A stretch of DNA of 61,770 nt from an uncultured Methanosarcinales archaeon (lineage in GTDB: Archaea; Nanobdellota; Nanobdellia; Woesearchaeales; CAZOXR01): positions 1 through 61,770 of the forward strand of contig CAZMIO010000006.1 of NCBI GenBank assembly GCA_964566535.1. Direction: 5' to 3'. Both the position numbers and the translations under genes were made by a program. Each line of letters opens with the position of its first letter. Position 1 is the stretch's first letter. Of this stretch, positions 1-10,521 are shown in pieces. Under the pieces are notes generated by a model, which worked only from the letters and a program-made list of their open reading frames with translations, was not told the origin of the DNA and made no database searches.

Positions 1-57
1 GATTAGGCTTACTATGAATAATGCAATTACCTTCTTTTTTTTGTTTGTCTTATGCAT
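1..57 (-). CDS. 5' end of a secreted/membrane protein running off the left edge (MHKTNKKKKVIALFIVSLI...)
   Basis: Manual translation: ATG at 57, 11 nt after the stop of the upstream gene; basic N-region followed by a hydrophobic stretch. Confidence 0.7.
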   Translation of the reverse strand, partial: MHKTNKKKKVIALFIVSLI

Positions 58-68
58 TTTGCTTTAAC

Positions 69-2015
69 TTATCGTATGAATTCTGGTTGTGGGATGTTTG
101 AGGATCTTGATTCCATGTTTTGTATGAAGTCGGCTCTTTCTAGGTCGTCAACTGCTGTTATTTCTGCAACATGGAACTTTATCTTGTCGAAGTTGTCTAT
201 TTGGTCTGTGGGGATAGTCCAATCTGTCTTGTATCCTCCTGTGATTGTTCCGTCTTTGATAAGGTTGATTTCTAATTCGTAAGTAAATTCATCTTTGTTT
301 AACAGCTTTAATGGGTATGTGGTGTCTTGGATTACGCCTTGTGGGAATGCACCAAATGTTTCTAACTGGTCTCCTACTACATCTGTTTTTCTTTTGATTG
401 TTATTGCTGCTACTTCTTCGTTTGGGTCTAGGTTTTGCTCAACTGGGTCTACTATATTGTTATTTAGTGAGTGTTTTACTACAATGTAATCTTCTATTTC
501 CTTTATGGGGGTCATATATAAATCATATTCTTTTCCTTCTATGTTTGTTTGGATTGTTGTTAGGGATTCATCATAGCCTTCTTTGTTTCCTTTTGCAAAC
601 CCTATTGTGCAGTAAGGGAAGTCTGTTGTAATGCTTGCTACTGCTCCTCCTGATGCGTACCTGGTCTGGGACATTGGGCAGTTGAATCCTGCGCAGACAA
701 ATGTTATGTTAACATCAGCTATAGGCAGTTCTGTTATTTTGTCATAAGTATGGACTGTTATTTCTGTATCTCTTTCTCTGCAGAATTCTTCGTTTGTTGT
801 GCGGTCTACTGGAGTGTAGATTGAGGTTAGTGTAGATTCACGTGCCGGTTGGTTGTTTCTTATGTTTGTCTTAAAGGCAAAGTTGAATCTGAAGTCTTGA
901 TTCTTTGAAGAGGCTGGGTCTTGTATTGTGACTACTACTGGGAATGATACGTCATATGCGAAGTTCCATATGTGTATACATAGGAATCTTAAGAGATCGA
1001 AACTTCTTTGTGAGTTTGATGAGATTGTGTTTCCTCTGCTTGGTTTTACGAATAGGTCCATTAGCCACGAATCGTCATAAGTGAATGAAACTTTCATCTC
1101 TTCTGGTGGGGTTTCTTGGACTTCCCATATATAGTGGTAATTGAAGTAGGAATTTGCGAATGTTTGGTCAACTGATAGGAAATCTGGTATGCCTATGAAT
1201 CTTTGGTCATTGTAATTCGTTCCTGCTATTTTTATATATTGTAGGTTTGTTCTGAACAATGATTTTAAGGTGTTTTTTATTTGAGGGATTTGCCATTGTC
1301 TGTCATTGCAGCTGATCTCTACGTGTTTCATAGGAACTATGTCTTCTCCTGCTAGAGTCATTAAGTCAACTGTTCTTTCCTCTATGAAGGCATCTATGTT
1401 TTCTCTTTCCATTATTGATTTTGCTAGTTCGTATGCTTTTTTTAGTCTGATTGGAACTAATATTCTGTAATTTTTTAGGCTGTCTCTTGTGTTGTTTGTT
1501 GTTGCTACTATTTCTAATGGGTAATTTACTTCAATTGTGACATCTTCTTGGTTTAGCGAAGTGGTTGTTGTGATGTCTCCCTTTTCTTTGATGTTGTAGA
1601 TGTCTTGGAAAGATTCGAAGTTGTCTAGGCATGTTTTTAGGTTGTTTGTTATGTGGTCGTTGATTTGAGAGGTTATTTCGACTTCTGTTGGGATGTTTGT
1701 TACTCCGTTATACCACCAGTAGGGGTTTGCTATTGCTGGGCCTATTGAATGGTAGCTTAGGGGGTTTGCAGTTATTTCCGGTGGGAAGTCTATGTATCCT
1801 CCGTTTAGTCCTAATTCGGTTATTCCTTCTGTTGCTAATTGTTGAATACAGTTTTCAACGAGGTTTTGGATTGGGACTGACTGAGGTGAAACGGGGGTTG
1901 ATGTTGATGATCTTGCGTTTGATGATTGGAAGTAGAAGATTAAGAGAGCGGTAGCTGCAATCATCACTCCAATAATTATGAAAATGGTTATTTGTGATTT
2001 TTTGTTTTTTAACAT
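69..2015 (-). CDS. Large exported protein with class III (type IV pilin-like) signal peptide, 648 aa
   Basis: N-terminus KKS|QITIFIIIGVMIAATALLIFYF fits the archaeal prepilin-peptidase pattern; paralogous to the next gene (PYW.Y, YP, SFP.VV.I, NIR.N, KE.Y motifs). Confidence 0.85.
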   Translation of the reverse strand: MLKNKKSQITIFIIIGVMIAATALLIFYFQSSNARSSTSTPVSPQSVPIQNLVENCIQQLATEGITELGLNGGYIDFPPEITANPLSYHSIGPAIANPYWWYNGVTNIPTEVEITSQINDHITNNLKTCLDNFESFQDIYNIKEKGDITTTTSLNQEDVTIEVNYPLEIVATTNNTRDSLKNYRILVPIRLKKAYELAKSIMERENIDAFIEERTVDLMTLAGEDIVPMKHVEISCNDRQWQIPQIKNTLKSLFRTNLQYIKIAGTNYNDQRFIGIPDFLSVDQTFANSYFNYHYIWEVQETPPEEMKVSFTYDDSWLMDLFVKPSRGNTISSNSQRSFDLLRFLCIHIWNFAYDVSFPVVVTIQDPASSKNQDFRFNFAFKTNIRNNQPARESTLTSIYTPVDRTTNEEFCRERDTEITVHTYDKITELPIADVNITFVCAGFNCPMSQTRYASGGAVASITTDFPYCTIGFAKGNKEGYDESLTTIQTNIEGKEYDLYMTPIKEIEDYIVVKHSLNNNIVDPVEQNLDPNEEVAAITIKRKTDVVGDQLETFGAFPQGVIQDTTYPLKLLNKDEFTYELEINLIKDGTITGGYKTDWTIPTDQIDNFDKIKFHVAEITAVDDLERADFIQNMESRSSNIPQPEFIR

Positions 2016-2099
2016 TTTTGATTATGATTTTTTAAATTATTATCAATTGAACTTTTTCCAATGATTAATTTTTTAATAAATCAAAACTAATCTATACTA

Positions 2100-2137
2100 G
2101 CATTTTCCCATTCATCCTTTAGGGAGAGGGAAAATGC
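2100..2137. repeat. 38-bp hairpin GCATTTTCCC-N18-GGGAAAATGC
   Basis: Perfect 10-bp inverted arms; related copy at 21904-21941. Confidence 0.7.
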
Positions 2138-2173
2138 GTAAATGGATCACTTGGTTGTGGTATGTTTGTGTTG

Positions 2174-4450
2174 TTAGTCTATTTTTGGTCTTATTGCATA
2201 TTTTAGGTCTTCTGAGTATTCTTTGTATATCTCTAGTTCTGTCAAATGTTGGTGACGAGTTGGTAGATCGTGTCTGAAGAGATAGAAAATGGCATTGTCT
2301 CCGCTGGTTAACTGAGCCTGGTTGACTGTCCATTCATCATAGATTACTCCTCCATGAGGGATAGCAATAGTTTCGGTTGATTCTTCCAAATCAAAGGTTT
2401 CTTCCGATTCGCAAGCTTTGCCTAATGCATTACCTTCACAGGTGTAGCCTTGGGTATAGCATTCTGGATTAGTTGTTGTTTCGAAATCAGTATCGTGGCA
2501 GTTAGGGGATACTGGTGTTTTCTCGCATTTGCCTAATGATAATGGAGTTTCAATGCAGTATCTGTCATGCTCTTCTGGTAAGGTAATCTCTTTTTCTATG
2601 AAAACTTGTGCTGAGATGTTATACGTTCCTGGGATTAAGGATAATGTTTCTGGCTGTATCTCTCCATTAATGAAATTAACAACTTTATCAAACTCAATGT
2701 CTAAAGGTGTCTCTTGCAATCTTCTAACTCTTAGCATAATTGTATCTTCTGCTGTTGGAGGCTTGATGTTTCTGCTTAGGATGTCTGCTGCTTGTCCTGG
2801 TCCTGTTGAAACTTTTAGCTGTCTTACAGTGTTAGCATCAATCATCTTGAATTGTACGTTCTTTTCTTGTATTGGTACGATTTTAGTTGAGGTTGTAGTT
2901 GATATGTCTGGTTCGAATAGAACTTTTGTTTGGTAATCCTCCTTATTTATCACAATCATCCCATCATTTTGGTCTGGATAAGTTGTTGTTAAGATTCCAT
3001 TTTGGTCTGTTCTTCCTAGAGGGCATCTTTCATTTCCAATTTCATAAGAAACTTCTGCTCCTTGGATTGCATTTAGGGTGAAGTCGTCTGATACATCTAT
3101 TGTTAATGGTTCTGTTCTTTCTGCTTCTGTGCATAGTAAGGAAGGGAATAAGCTAGTTGAGTGGACTATGTTCATTCCTGATTGGAAGCATCTATTTCCT
3201 CTTATATTTGCTTCTAATGCTATTCTGAAAAGTTGTTCGTTCTTGTTTCTATCGTCTTTTCTTATTTCAACTACAGTAGGGAATGAATATTGGTAATCGA
3301 AGTTATAAGTTCTTGAGTTAACTAACCTAGTAAATACTGCAGATGGTCCTCCTCCGCCCCCAAATTCTGTTGGTAAGAGTGCTCCTCCTTGGTTAGGGGT
3401 AATGTCTACATAAGGATTCCATCTTGGATTATATTCCAGCCTGATGTTTGCATCATGGTATCTTTTTAGTGGGAAAAATACTCTTTGGTCTAGAAGTGCT
3501 TGTTTATAGTCAGCATTAGGGTCAGTCGGGTTATCATAGATTGGCCATATGAATCCTGAATTGTTGAAGATTCCTATGACTTGCATTGCATCTGATATTC
3601 TTTGTTTCATTTGAACCTTAACTTCTGGTATGGACCATATTCTTGTTGGACCTGGTCCAATTGTTGTTTCCGATATTGGTGGAAGTTGGTTTGGTGCTAG
3701 TCCTTGATCTTCTCCTAACTCTTTTATTACATGACCTTCTATCATGCAGTTGTTTGAATGGTAGTTTGTCATGTCCAAAGCAATTTCGTAAAGTTCTGTT
3801 AAGTCTGATTCTTCAATTACTTGGAATTGTTTTACTGTGAATGTTTGACCTCTTTTTACTTTTATGGGGTATTCTATGTAGAAGATTATGTCTTTGTCTC
3901 TTATTGTTACTTCTACGTCTTGGAGGTTTTCTATTGTTATCTCATATCCTTGGCTTTGGAATATGTTGAGGTCTAGTTTTGTTGGTAGTTTTTGTTTTAT
4001 GTATTCTTCTAGTTGGAGTTCAATTGAGTTATCTCCTGATGTTAAGCAATTTCTTCCTGTTTTGCATAATTGAGGCATTTCTGAGCCGAATTGACAGTTA
4101 GTGCAATCGTTATCGCTTTCCATGTAATACCAATAAGGGATTTTGAAATTTGTTACGAACTCTAGCGCATTTCCACTTGTATGTTGTACAGGGTTTGATG
4201 TTAGGGTATTGAGGTTTAGATATCCTCCATGCTGTCCTAGTTCGTCTATTCCTTGTTTTGCTAGCTCACTTATTGTTTCTTCTATGTATAGTTTGATTGG
4301 GAGCATTTCAGTTGGGACTTCTTCTAATGCTTTTATGCCCACTTCTGCTTCATCTGTAACTTTTGAAACTTGTAAGTAGACTAAGATTCCTGCTGCTGCT
4401 ATTATAATTATTCCAACAATTATAAATACGCTAATTTGTGCTTTTTTGAT
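2174..4450 (-). CDS. Large exported protein with class III signal peptide, ~758 aa (extended 36 codons beyond the ORF-track start at 4342)
   Basis: Frame is open upstream of 4342 and reads (I)KKA|QISVFIIVGIIIIAAAGILVYL; the apparent start codon is ATC at 4450 behind a GAGGGA SD-like site. Confidence 0.8.
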   Translation of the reverse strand: MKKAQISVFIIVGIIIIAAAGILVYLQVSKVTDEAEVGIKALEEVPTEMLPIKLYIEETISELAKQGIDELGQHGGYLNLNTLTSNPVQHTSGNALEFVTNFKIPYWYYMESDNDCTNCQFGSEMPQLCKTGRNCLTSGDNSIELQLEEYIKQKLPTKLDLNIFQSQGYEITIENLQDVEVTIRDKDIIFYIEYPIKVKRGQTFTVKQFQVIEESDLTELYEIALDMTNYHSNNCMIEGHVIKELGEDQGLAPNQLPPISETTIGPGPTRIWSIPEVKVQMKQRISDAMQVIGIFNNSGFIWPIYDNPTDPNADYKQALLDQRVFFPLKRYHDANIRLEYNPRWNPYVDITPNQGGALLPTEFGGGGGPSAVFTRLVNSRTYNFDYQYSFPTVVEIRKDDRNKNEQLFRIALEANIRGNRCFQSGMNIVHSTSLFPSLLCTEAERTEPLTIDVSDDFTLNAIQGAEVSYEIGNERCPLGRTDQNGILTTTYPDQNDGMIVINKEDYQTKVLFEPDISTTTSTKIVPIQEKNVQFKMIDANTVRQLKVSTGPGQAADILSRNIKPPTAEDTIMLRVRRLQETPLDIEFDKVVNFINGEIQPETLSLIPGTYNISAQVFIEKEITLPEEHDRYCIETPLSLGKCEKTPVSPNCHDTDFETTTNPECYTQGYTCEGNALGKACESEETFDLEESTETIAIPHGGVIYDEWTVNQAQLTSGDNAIFYLFRHDLPTRHQHLTELEIYKEYSEDLKYAIRPKID

Positions 4451-4469
4451 TTTCTATCCCTCTCTTTTT

Positions 4470-7400
4470 TTAACTACATAAAGGCGATCCTACTAATGCT
4501 GGAGGACAACCTGATGATGCTCTTCCTGCTGTTGGCTCTGAGCCAGTTCCTGAAATTGGTGTAAAGCCTCCTGAAGTTGTTTGTGATACTGCTGATGTTG
4601 TTCCTTCAGGAAGGAATGGGAAGTTTGCTGGAGCTTGTTGAGCATCTGAGTTAACTGGTTTTTTGCAGTTCTTTGGATATGTTAAGTCATCACCGTTATA
4701 TTTCCAGTCTTTGAACTCTATGCAGAGGTTTTCAATGAATACTAAGTCGTAATAGGCTAATCTTTGGTCATCTGCTGTTCCAGCTGTTATTTGATAGTAT
4801 GAATCCTCTGATGGTAATGTATATTCTGAGCTTGTGTCTGAACAGCCTGTGCCTTTCATTATAACTCTATAGTATATTGATCCGTTGTTCTTGTCAATTC
4901 CTAATTGTTCTCTTTTCCAATCTGGCATTTCTTCTACTTGAGCTTCTGAGTATGGATTTTGGATACGCCATTGGAATCTGTATAGGAATCCTAATGGTTC
5001 TGGATCTGCGTCTGTTGTTACTGGGAACCATTTTGGGTTGCCACTTTGGAAATAACAATCTGATCTAGTAAAGTTTCCTGCTAAATATTCACTTCTTAAT
5101 CCAGTTAGCGTTATTGGTGAGCCTAATGGCGGCAGGTTTGTTCCTGATGATGGTGCTCCTGGGTAATCGTTAAGTAAAAGCTCTTCTCCTCTGTGTATCC
5201 GTTTGCAAATTGCTGTTGAGACTCCTCCTTCTAAGTTTCTATAGAAACCATCTATAGCACTGCTGAAATCGTCTCCTAATAATTGGAAAGCTGATATATC
5301 TTTACCACGCCAGTTTTCTGCTAGTGATTCTAATTCTAATGCTGCTTTTGTTGGGTGTAAGATTGCTCCAAAGATTAATGCTTTTTCTCTTCTGGATTGT
5401 TCTGAACTGATTAGTGCTTTATTGGCGTTTGCTTCATCTATGTTTTCGAACTCATCTAGGTTTTCTCCGATTGGTTGGTCTACTACTCCTTCTTTTTCTT
5501 TTTCTGTTTGTTTTATTATGCTTGCGTCTACTGGTTGTGGTCTACCATGCTCATCCATCAACATTAAACTTCCGGTTGAGGGATCGAAAACATATTCTTT
5601 ACCGTCTTCTGTTGTGTGGTAATATCTTCCACCTCTTAATTCTAATGCTGGACCTCCGTCTCCAAAAGTATAACTAGCTGGAGTTGTTCCAATTTCATAT
5701 AAGTTACCTGTACCTGGGTAGAATCTAACTCTTCTCTTGTTAGTTCCCTCTCCCATTTCACCGTCGTAGAAGACACCAAATTCATCAACGTCTGGACTTG
5801 ATAATGCTATACCTTCGCCATTGAAGAAGACGTGAGTGTCTGTAAGTTGTGTGGCTGCACCGCTTCTTAGACTTTCTAGTGCGATGCCAGTAGTTACAGC
5901 CCAACTACTTCCTGGTGTGGTTAATGATCTGCTATATACAGTATACCCTCCACCTACAAGAGGAACAACTTTGAAAACAGTATCTCCATCTTGGTAAAGT
6001 TCAGTATCGGTTGGTAATGTTGTTCCTGCTGCTACGTCTAAAACTCCAGCATCTGCTGGTAGTGTTATTGTTGCGTCAAGCGGGACTGCGATTAGAACAC
6101 CTCTGTTAGCTAATTCCGCTTCAATCCTTGCAATCCTTCCTCTAAGTCTAGGAATCTCAGGATTTCCTGGATCTCCTTCTTCTATCCTTNNNNNNNNNNN
6201 NNNNNNNNNNNNNNNNNNNNNNNNNNNNNNNNNNNNNNNNNNNNNNNNNNNNNNNNNNNNNNNNNNNNNNNNNNNNNNNNNNNNNNNNNAAGTCTAGGAA
6301 TCTCAGGATTTTCTGGATCTCCATCTATTATCCTTTGCAATTCTTTTTCTAAATTATCTTGTAAAGTGGTTAAAGTCTCTGATGATGCTTCATCTACATA
6401 AGTTGAGAAACCCTGATCTGGTGGGGTAGTGGACCTACTATTTAACTCTTCTTCAATCCTTGCAATCCTTCCTCTAATCCTTGGAATCTCTTGATTGTCT
6501 GGATCTCCAGTTAGTAATCTCCTTAACTCACCTTCTAAGTTATCTTGTAAGGTTGTTAGAGTTTCTGTTGATGTATCATCGACATAGGTTGAGAAACCCT
6601 GATCTGGTGGTATAGTAAGTTCTATAGTTATACCTAAGTTTCTAGCAGCAATACCCTCTGTTTCACTTAACCATTCTTCAGTTTCTGTTGGCAGGTTTTC
6701 TCTGGGGATTTCTTCACCATTAGCTAAAATTCTAATGATTGCCCCTTCACCATCAAATTGTACTTCGTAATCAACACCGTCTTCTTCATGTGTGGGGGAC
6801 CAAAATGCTAATTGGATAGGCCTATTGTCCAATTCTATCTCAATCCTTGCAATCCTTCCTCTAAGTCTAGGAATCTCAGGATTTCCTGGATCTCCTTCTT
6901 CTATCCTTCGCAATTCTCTTTCTAGATTATCTCGTAAAGTTGTTAGAGTTTCTGGTGAAGCTTCATCAACATAATTTGAAAAATCCTGGTCTGGTGGAGT
7001 ACTAGACCTATCACTTAATTCTACATTAATCCTTGCTATTCTCCCCCTAATCCTTGGAATCTCTGGATTTTCTGGATCTCCATCTATTATCCTTTGCAAT
7101 TCTCTTTCTAGATTATCTCGTAAAGTTGTTAGAGTCTCTAATGATGTTTCATCATTAGTTACATAATCTACAAAACCTTGATCTGGAGGGGTGGTAGCTG
7201 TTCTATCGTTTATTTCCTCTTCAATCCTTGCTATTCTCCCTCTAATCCTTGCAATTTCTGGATTTTCTGGATCTCCATCTATTATCCTTTGCAATTCTCT
7301 TTCTAAATTATCTTGTAATGTGATTAAAGTATCTAATGATGTTTCATCGACATAAGTTGAAAAACCTTGATCTGGCGGGATGGTAGATCTTGTATCAATA

Positions 7401-9976
7401 GTAATTGGAGGTCTCCACCTTACCCTACTTTGACTTCCACTTGTTCCTCCTATGTGAACCCATCCTTCTTTAGAACCATCTAATGATCTAATATAAGCCA
7501 GTACTATTGGTTTGCCTTCAGTGTCTAGCACTGGTTGCCCGTCTCTTAATAGAGGTTTAATTTCAAATAATTCATAAGGAGTATTATGTGGTACAGTAGT
7601 ACCTATTGAATCTCCATTTTGATCTCTTAGCTGATACACGCCACCATAACCACTTACATCAGCTAATGTTATGTATGCATTTACTGGAAGATTGTCTCCA
7701 GCTAATTCAGATACTTGAGCATCTTGTACATTTGCACGAGCTCTTGGAGGACTGTTGTCTAGTGGAACACCCCCTAAACTACTTATGAAGTCTGTTCCCG
7801 TTGTATGTGCAGCAATGAATGCAGGCAATCCACCTAATTTATCTACTTCTTCCTGGATAAGTCTTAATTCTCCGATAGTGCCTACTTCTCGACTAAATGC
7901 TGAAAGTAATAGCGTATCAAATTCAGCTTTATAACCGACCATATCTTGGGCTGACATATCTGGAACAATCTGTCGGAATCTAGCGACTTCGTCATCTGCT
8001 ACATTTCCATTTTTAAGGGTTATAACTTCACTAACTGTGAATGCTTGAGCTGGAGTTCCATCTCCCTGGTAGGCAACAAATAGATCACTTTCTACTTGTG
8101 CTACAATAAGATCAACTACATCTTGATTACTTAGGATAGTAGGATATGTTGCAGCTTCACTAGGCGGACTACCCATAGTGTGTAGAGTTACTATTTGTTC
8201 TGTACTGAATCCTTGAGTCTTAAATTCTTGAACATCATCGGGATCTGCGCTTTGTAGTGCTATTACATCTCCTCTGTTACCTATCGCCCCTGTTCCAACT
8301 AAGGCTAAAGTTTTCTCAATTGATATGCCTAATCCTGTAAGAACGTCTAAGTCATCTGGGTTTAGATTGCTTAAACCTAACGCTTGTCTATTTTCAGGAG
8401 TATTTAATGTTCCTGTTAGTCCTGCTGATTCGAAAGCAGATTCTGATATGTCTGGATGGAAATTACCTTGTATGCCATCGGCTACTATTAAGAGATCTGC
8501 GGCATCAGTGTTGTCAGCAGAGAAGCTTCCTTGTATTAATCTCTTTAATACTTCTGCTGTTTGATCACCGTATCTGTCACGGTTTACTCCAGCTGCAATA
8601 ATTCCTCTTAGATCATCAATCTGCTCCCCTGTTAGGGTGCTTAACTCTCTAATATCGTCTAAATCAGTTACTCCTGCTTCAACTAAGTCCACAACTTTCC
8701 AGTGAGGGATAGTTCCATCTCTGGTTAATTCATTGAATTCAGCATCTGTCATGGCTCCTAGTAATAAATCTGTATGTTCTTCATTCTTAAATTCGTTATC
8801 TAAGTTAGTAGTGGTTTGGAAACTTTCTCTACGGGCTGCTTGAATTCCATTAGCATCATTACCTTGTATACCTCCTTCTGCAAGGCTAGTGATTAATGCT
8901 GTATCACTGGGATCAACTCCGTTTGCAATATATCCTGCAACTTGATGAAGCTGAGTTTCTGATAAGTCTTTTAATCCCCTAATATTTCTTACTCCTGTGA
9001 CTCCTGCTTCAACCAAATCTACAATCATCCATTGAGGGACTCCTTCACTAACTAATTGATTGAAATCTCCTGGACTTATAGAATCTACTAGTAAACCCAA
9101 ATGTCCAGGATCTCTAAATCTGCTGTCTAGTTCCAATCCTAGATCTAATAAATCTATAACGTAACCTGCTCTTGCTTGCTCTGGTGTTTGAGGTCCAGCT
9201 ATTACTGGTGTTGAGCCTACTTCTTCATGACGGCCTTCAGCAGCTCTTCTCCGAGAGAGTGCATTTAGGTCAACACCCATTGCATTGGCTCTTTCTACTG
9301 CAACACCCCAATCTCCTGTCCTATCAAAGTCACTACCTTCCCCACCCATGAAATAATTAATTAGTTCTTGAATACTTAATTCACCATTTGCTGATTGTCC
9401 AACTGAACTACCATCGATTGAGGCAGGGATAATAATGCCTTCTTGATCAGTAACCTCTGGGGATAGTTCGAAGCCATCCGTTTCTCCTGGTCTTGGAGTA
9501 ACAGCAGCTAAACGCTGATTTCTAAGTGTAATGAATTGCGGTGCACCGTTTGATGTTTGAGCTGTGTCTTCAGTACCTTCTGTAGTACTGTCTATCAGAT
9601 ATTGAGTACCTTCTCGGTTAACTCTGATTCCAAAGCTATTCATAAATACTCCAGGAGTACTTTCACTTTCCCAAACACCTACTACGCCTGTTGCAACATA
9701 TGTTCCTCCGTCAGTTACTAGTTTTTCCCCTATAGTCCATTCCATTCCTTGGAAGGCACCTGTAATGGAGGCATCTCCGGTAAGTGAGACATCATCGGCT
9801 TCTGCAGCAGGTGCGGCGGCAAGAGCACCAGCAGCCGTTATTGCATCGATTACGAATCTGGTTGCTTGGGCAGTTCCAACACCTTCATCTGCAACCCCTA
9901 CCACAATCATGGAATTCAGCATAACTAAAACTATTAAAATTGCAATCATTCGGATTAATTGGGGTTTGTTATTCAT
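4470..9976 (-). CDS. Giant secreted repeat protein (>=1800 aa) interrupted by an assembly gap; ORF-track entries 6182-9976 and 4470-5756 are probably one gene
   Basis: Signal peptide at 9976; the frame of the 428-aa ORF stays open from 5756 to the gap and begins with another copy of the repeat (RIEEGDPGNPEIPRLRGRIARIE). Confidence 0.8.
6100..7380 (-). repeat. Intragenic tandem repeat, ~62-65 aa unit (PPDQGFSTYVDE...LTTLQDNLERELQRIIDGDPENPEIPRIRGRIARIEEEL), 5 copies before the gap and at least 1 after
   Basis: Visible in protein and DNA; 6122-6189 is identical to 6841-6908. Confidence 0.95.
6190..6289. other. Assembly gap (100 N)
   Basis: Run of N inside the repeat array. Confidence 1.
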
Positions 9977-9978
9977 CT

Positions 9979-10521
9979 TTAACTTAACCTGAATTCTGAG
10001 TTATGGTTTATTACCTCGCCAATATTTTTATCAGTTAATGCCATATTTACCTTGTAAGCGCCTAAATCATCGCTGTTATCAGTGCTAAGATGGTTCATGA
10101 TGTTTACATCAAAATAACCGTCGTAATTAAATGACATTTCTTCATCGACAATCTTACCGCTTACAATACCAATCAAACTATTGTCAGGATCAAATATCTC
10201 CCTTCCCTGTGAATAGCTTACAAAATACTTATCCCCTCTAATTTGGGCTTTAAGATTATTCAACTTAATCAAAATCCAAACATCATCTCCTCTTTTGAAA
10301 ACATTATTCCCTTTGTCTTCGCAATTGAAATCATCATCTATATGACTGCAGAAATCTACATTAATGCCGAATTCTGGATCAGGTAAATCTGCTGCTAGAC
10401 TATCTTTTATAGATTCTGGAGTTTCTTCCCTACCAACAAAGAAGAATGTTGCTATGAGTGCTATAATAATAAAAATAATTACAAACACTGCTTTTCCGAA
10501 GTGGACTGCTTTTTTATTCAT
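9979..10521 (-). CDS. Membrane-anchored exported protein, ~180 aa (start revised to MNKKAVHF at 10521)
   Basis: ATG overlaps the stop of the upstream gene; N-terminal TM helix, beta-rich C-domain. Confidence 0.75.
   Translation of the reverse strand: MNKKAVHFGKAVFVIIFIIIALIATFFFVGREETPESIKDSLAADLPDPEFGINVDFCSHIDDDFNCEDKGNNVFKRGDDVWILIKLNNLKAQIRGDKYFVSYSQGREIFDPDNSLIGIVSGKIVDEEMSFNYDGYFDVNIMNHLSTDNSDDLGAYKVNMALTDKNIGEVINHNSEFRLS

Noticed and set aside
4470..5756. Independent 428-aa gene
   Set aside because: Frame is open to the gap and contains the repeat of the upstream ORF
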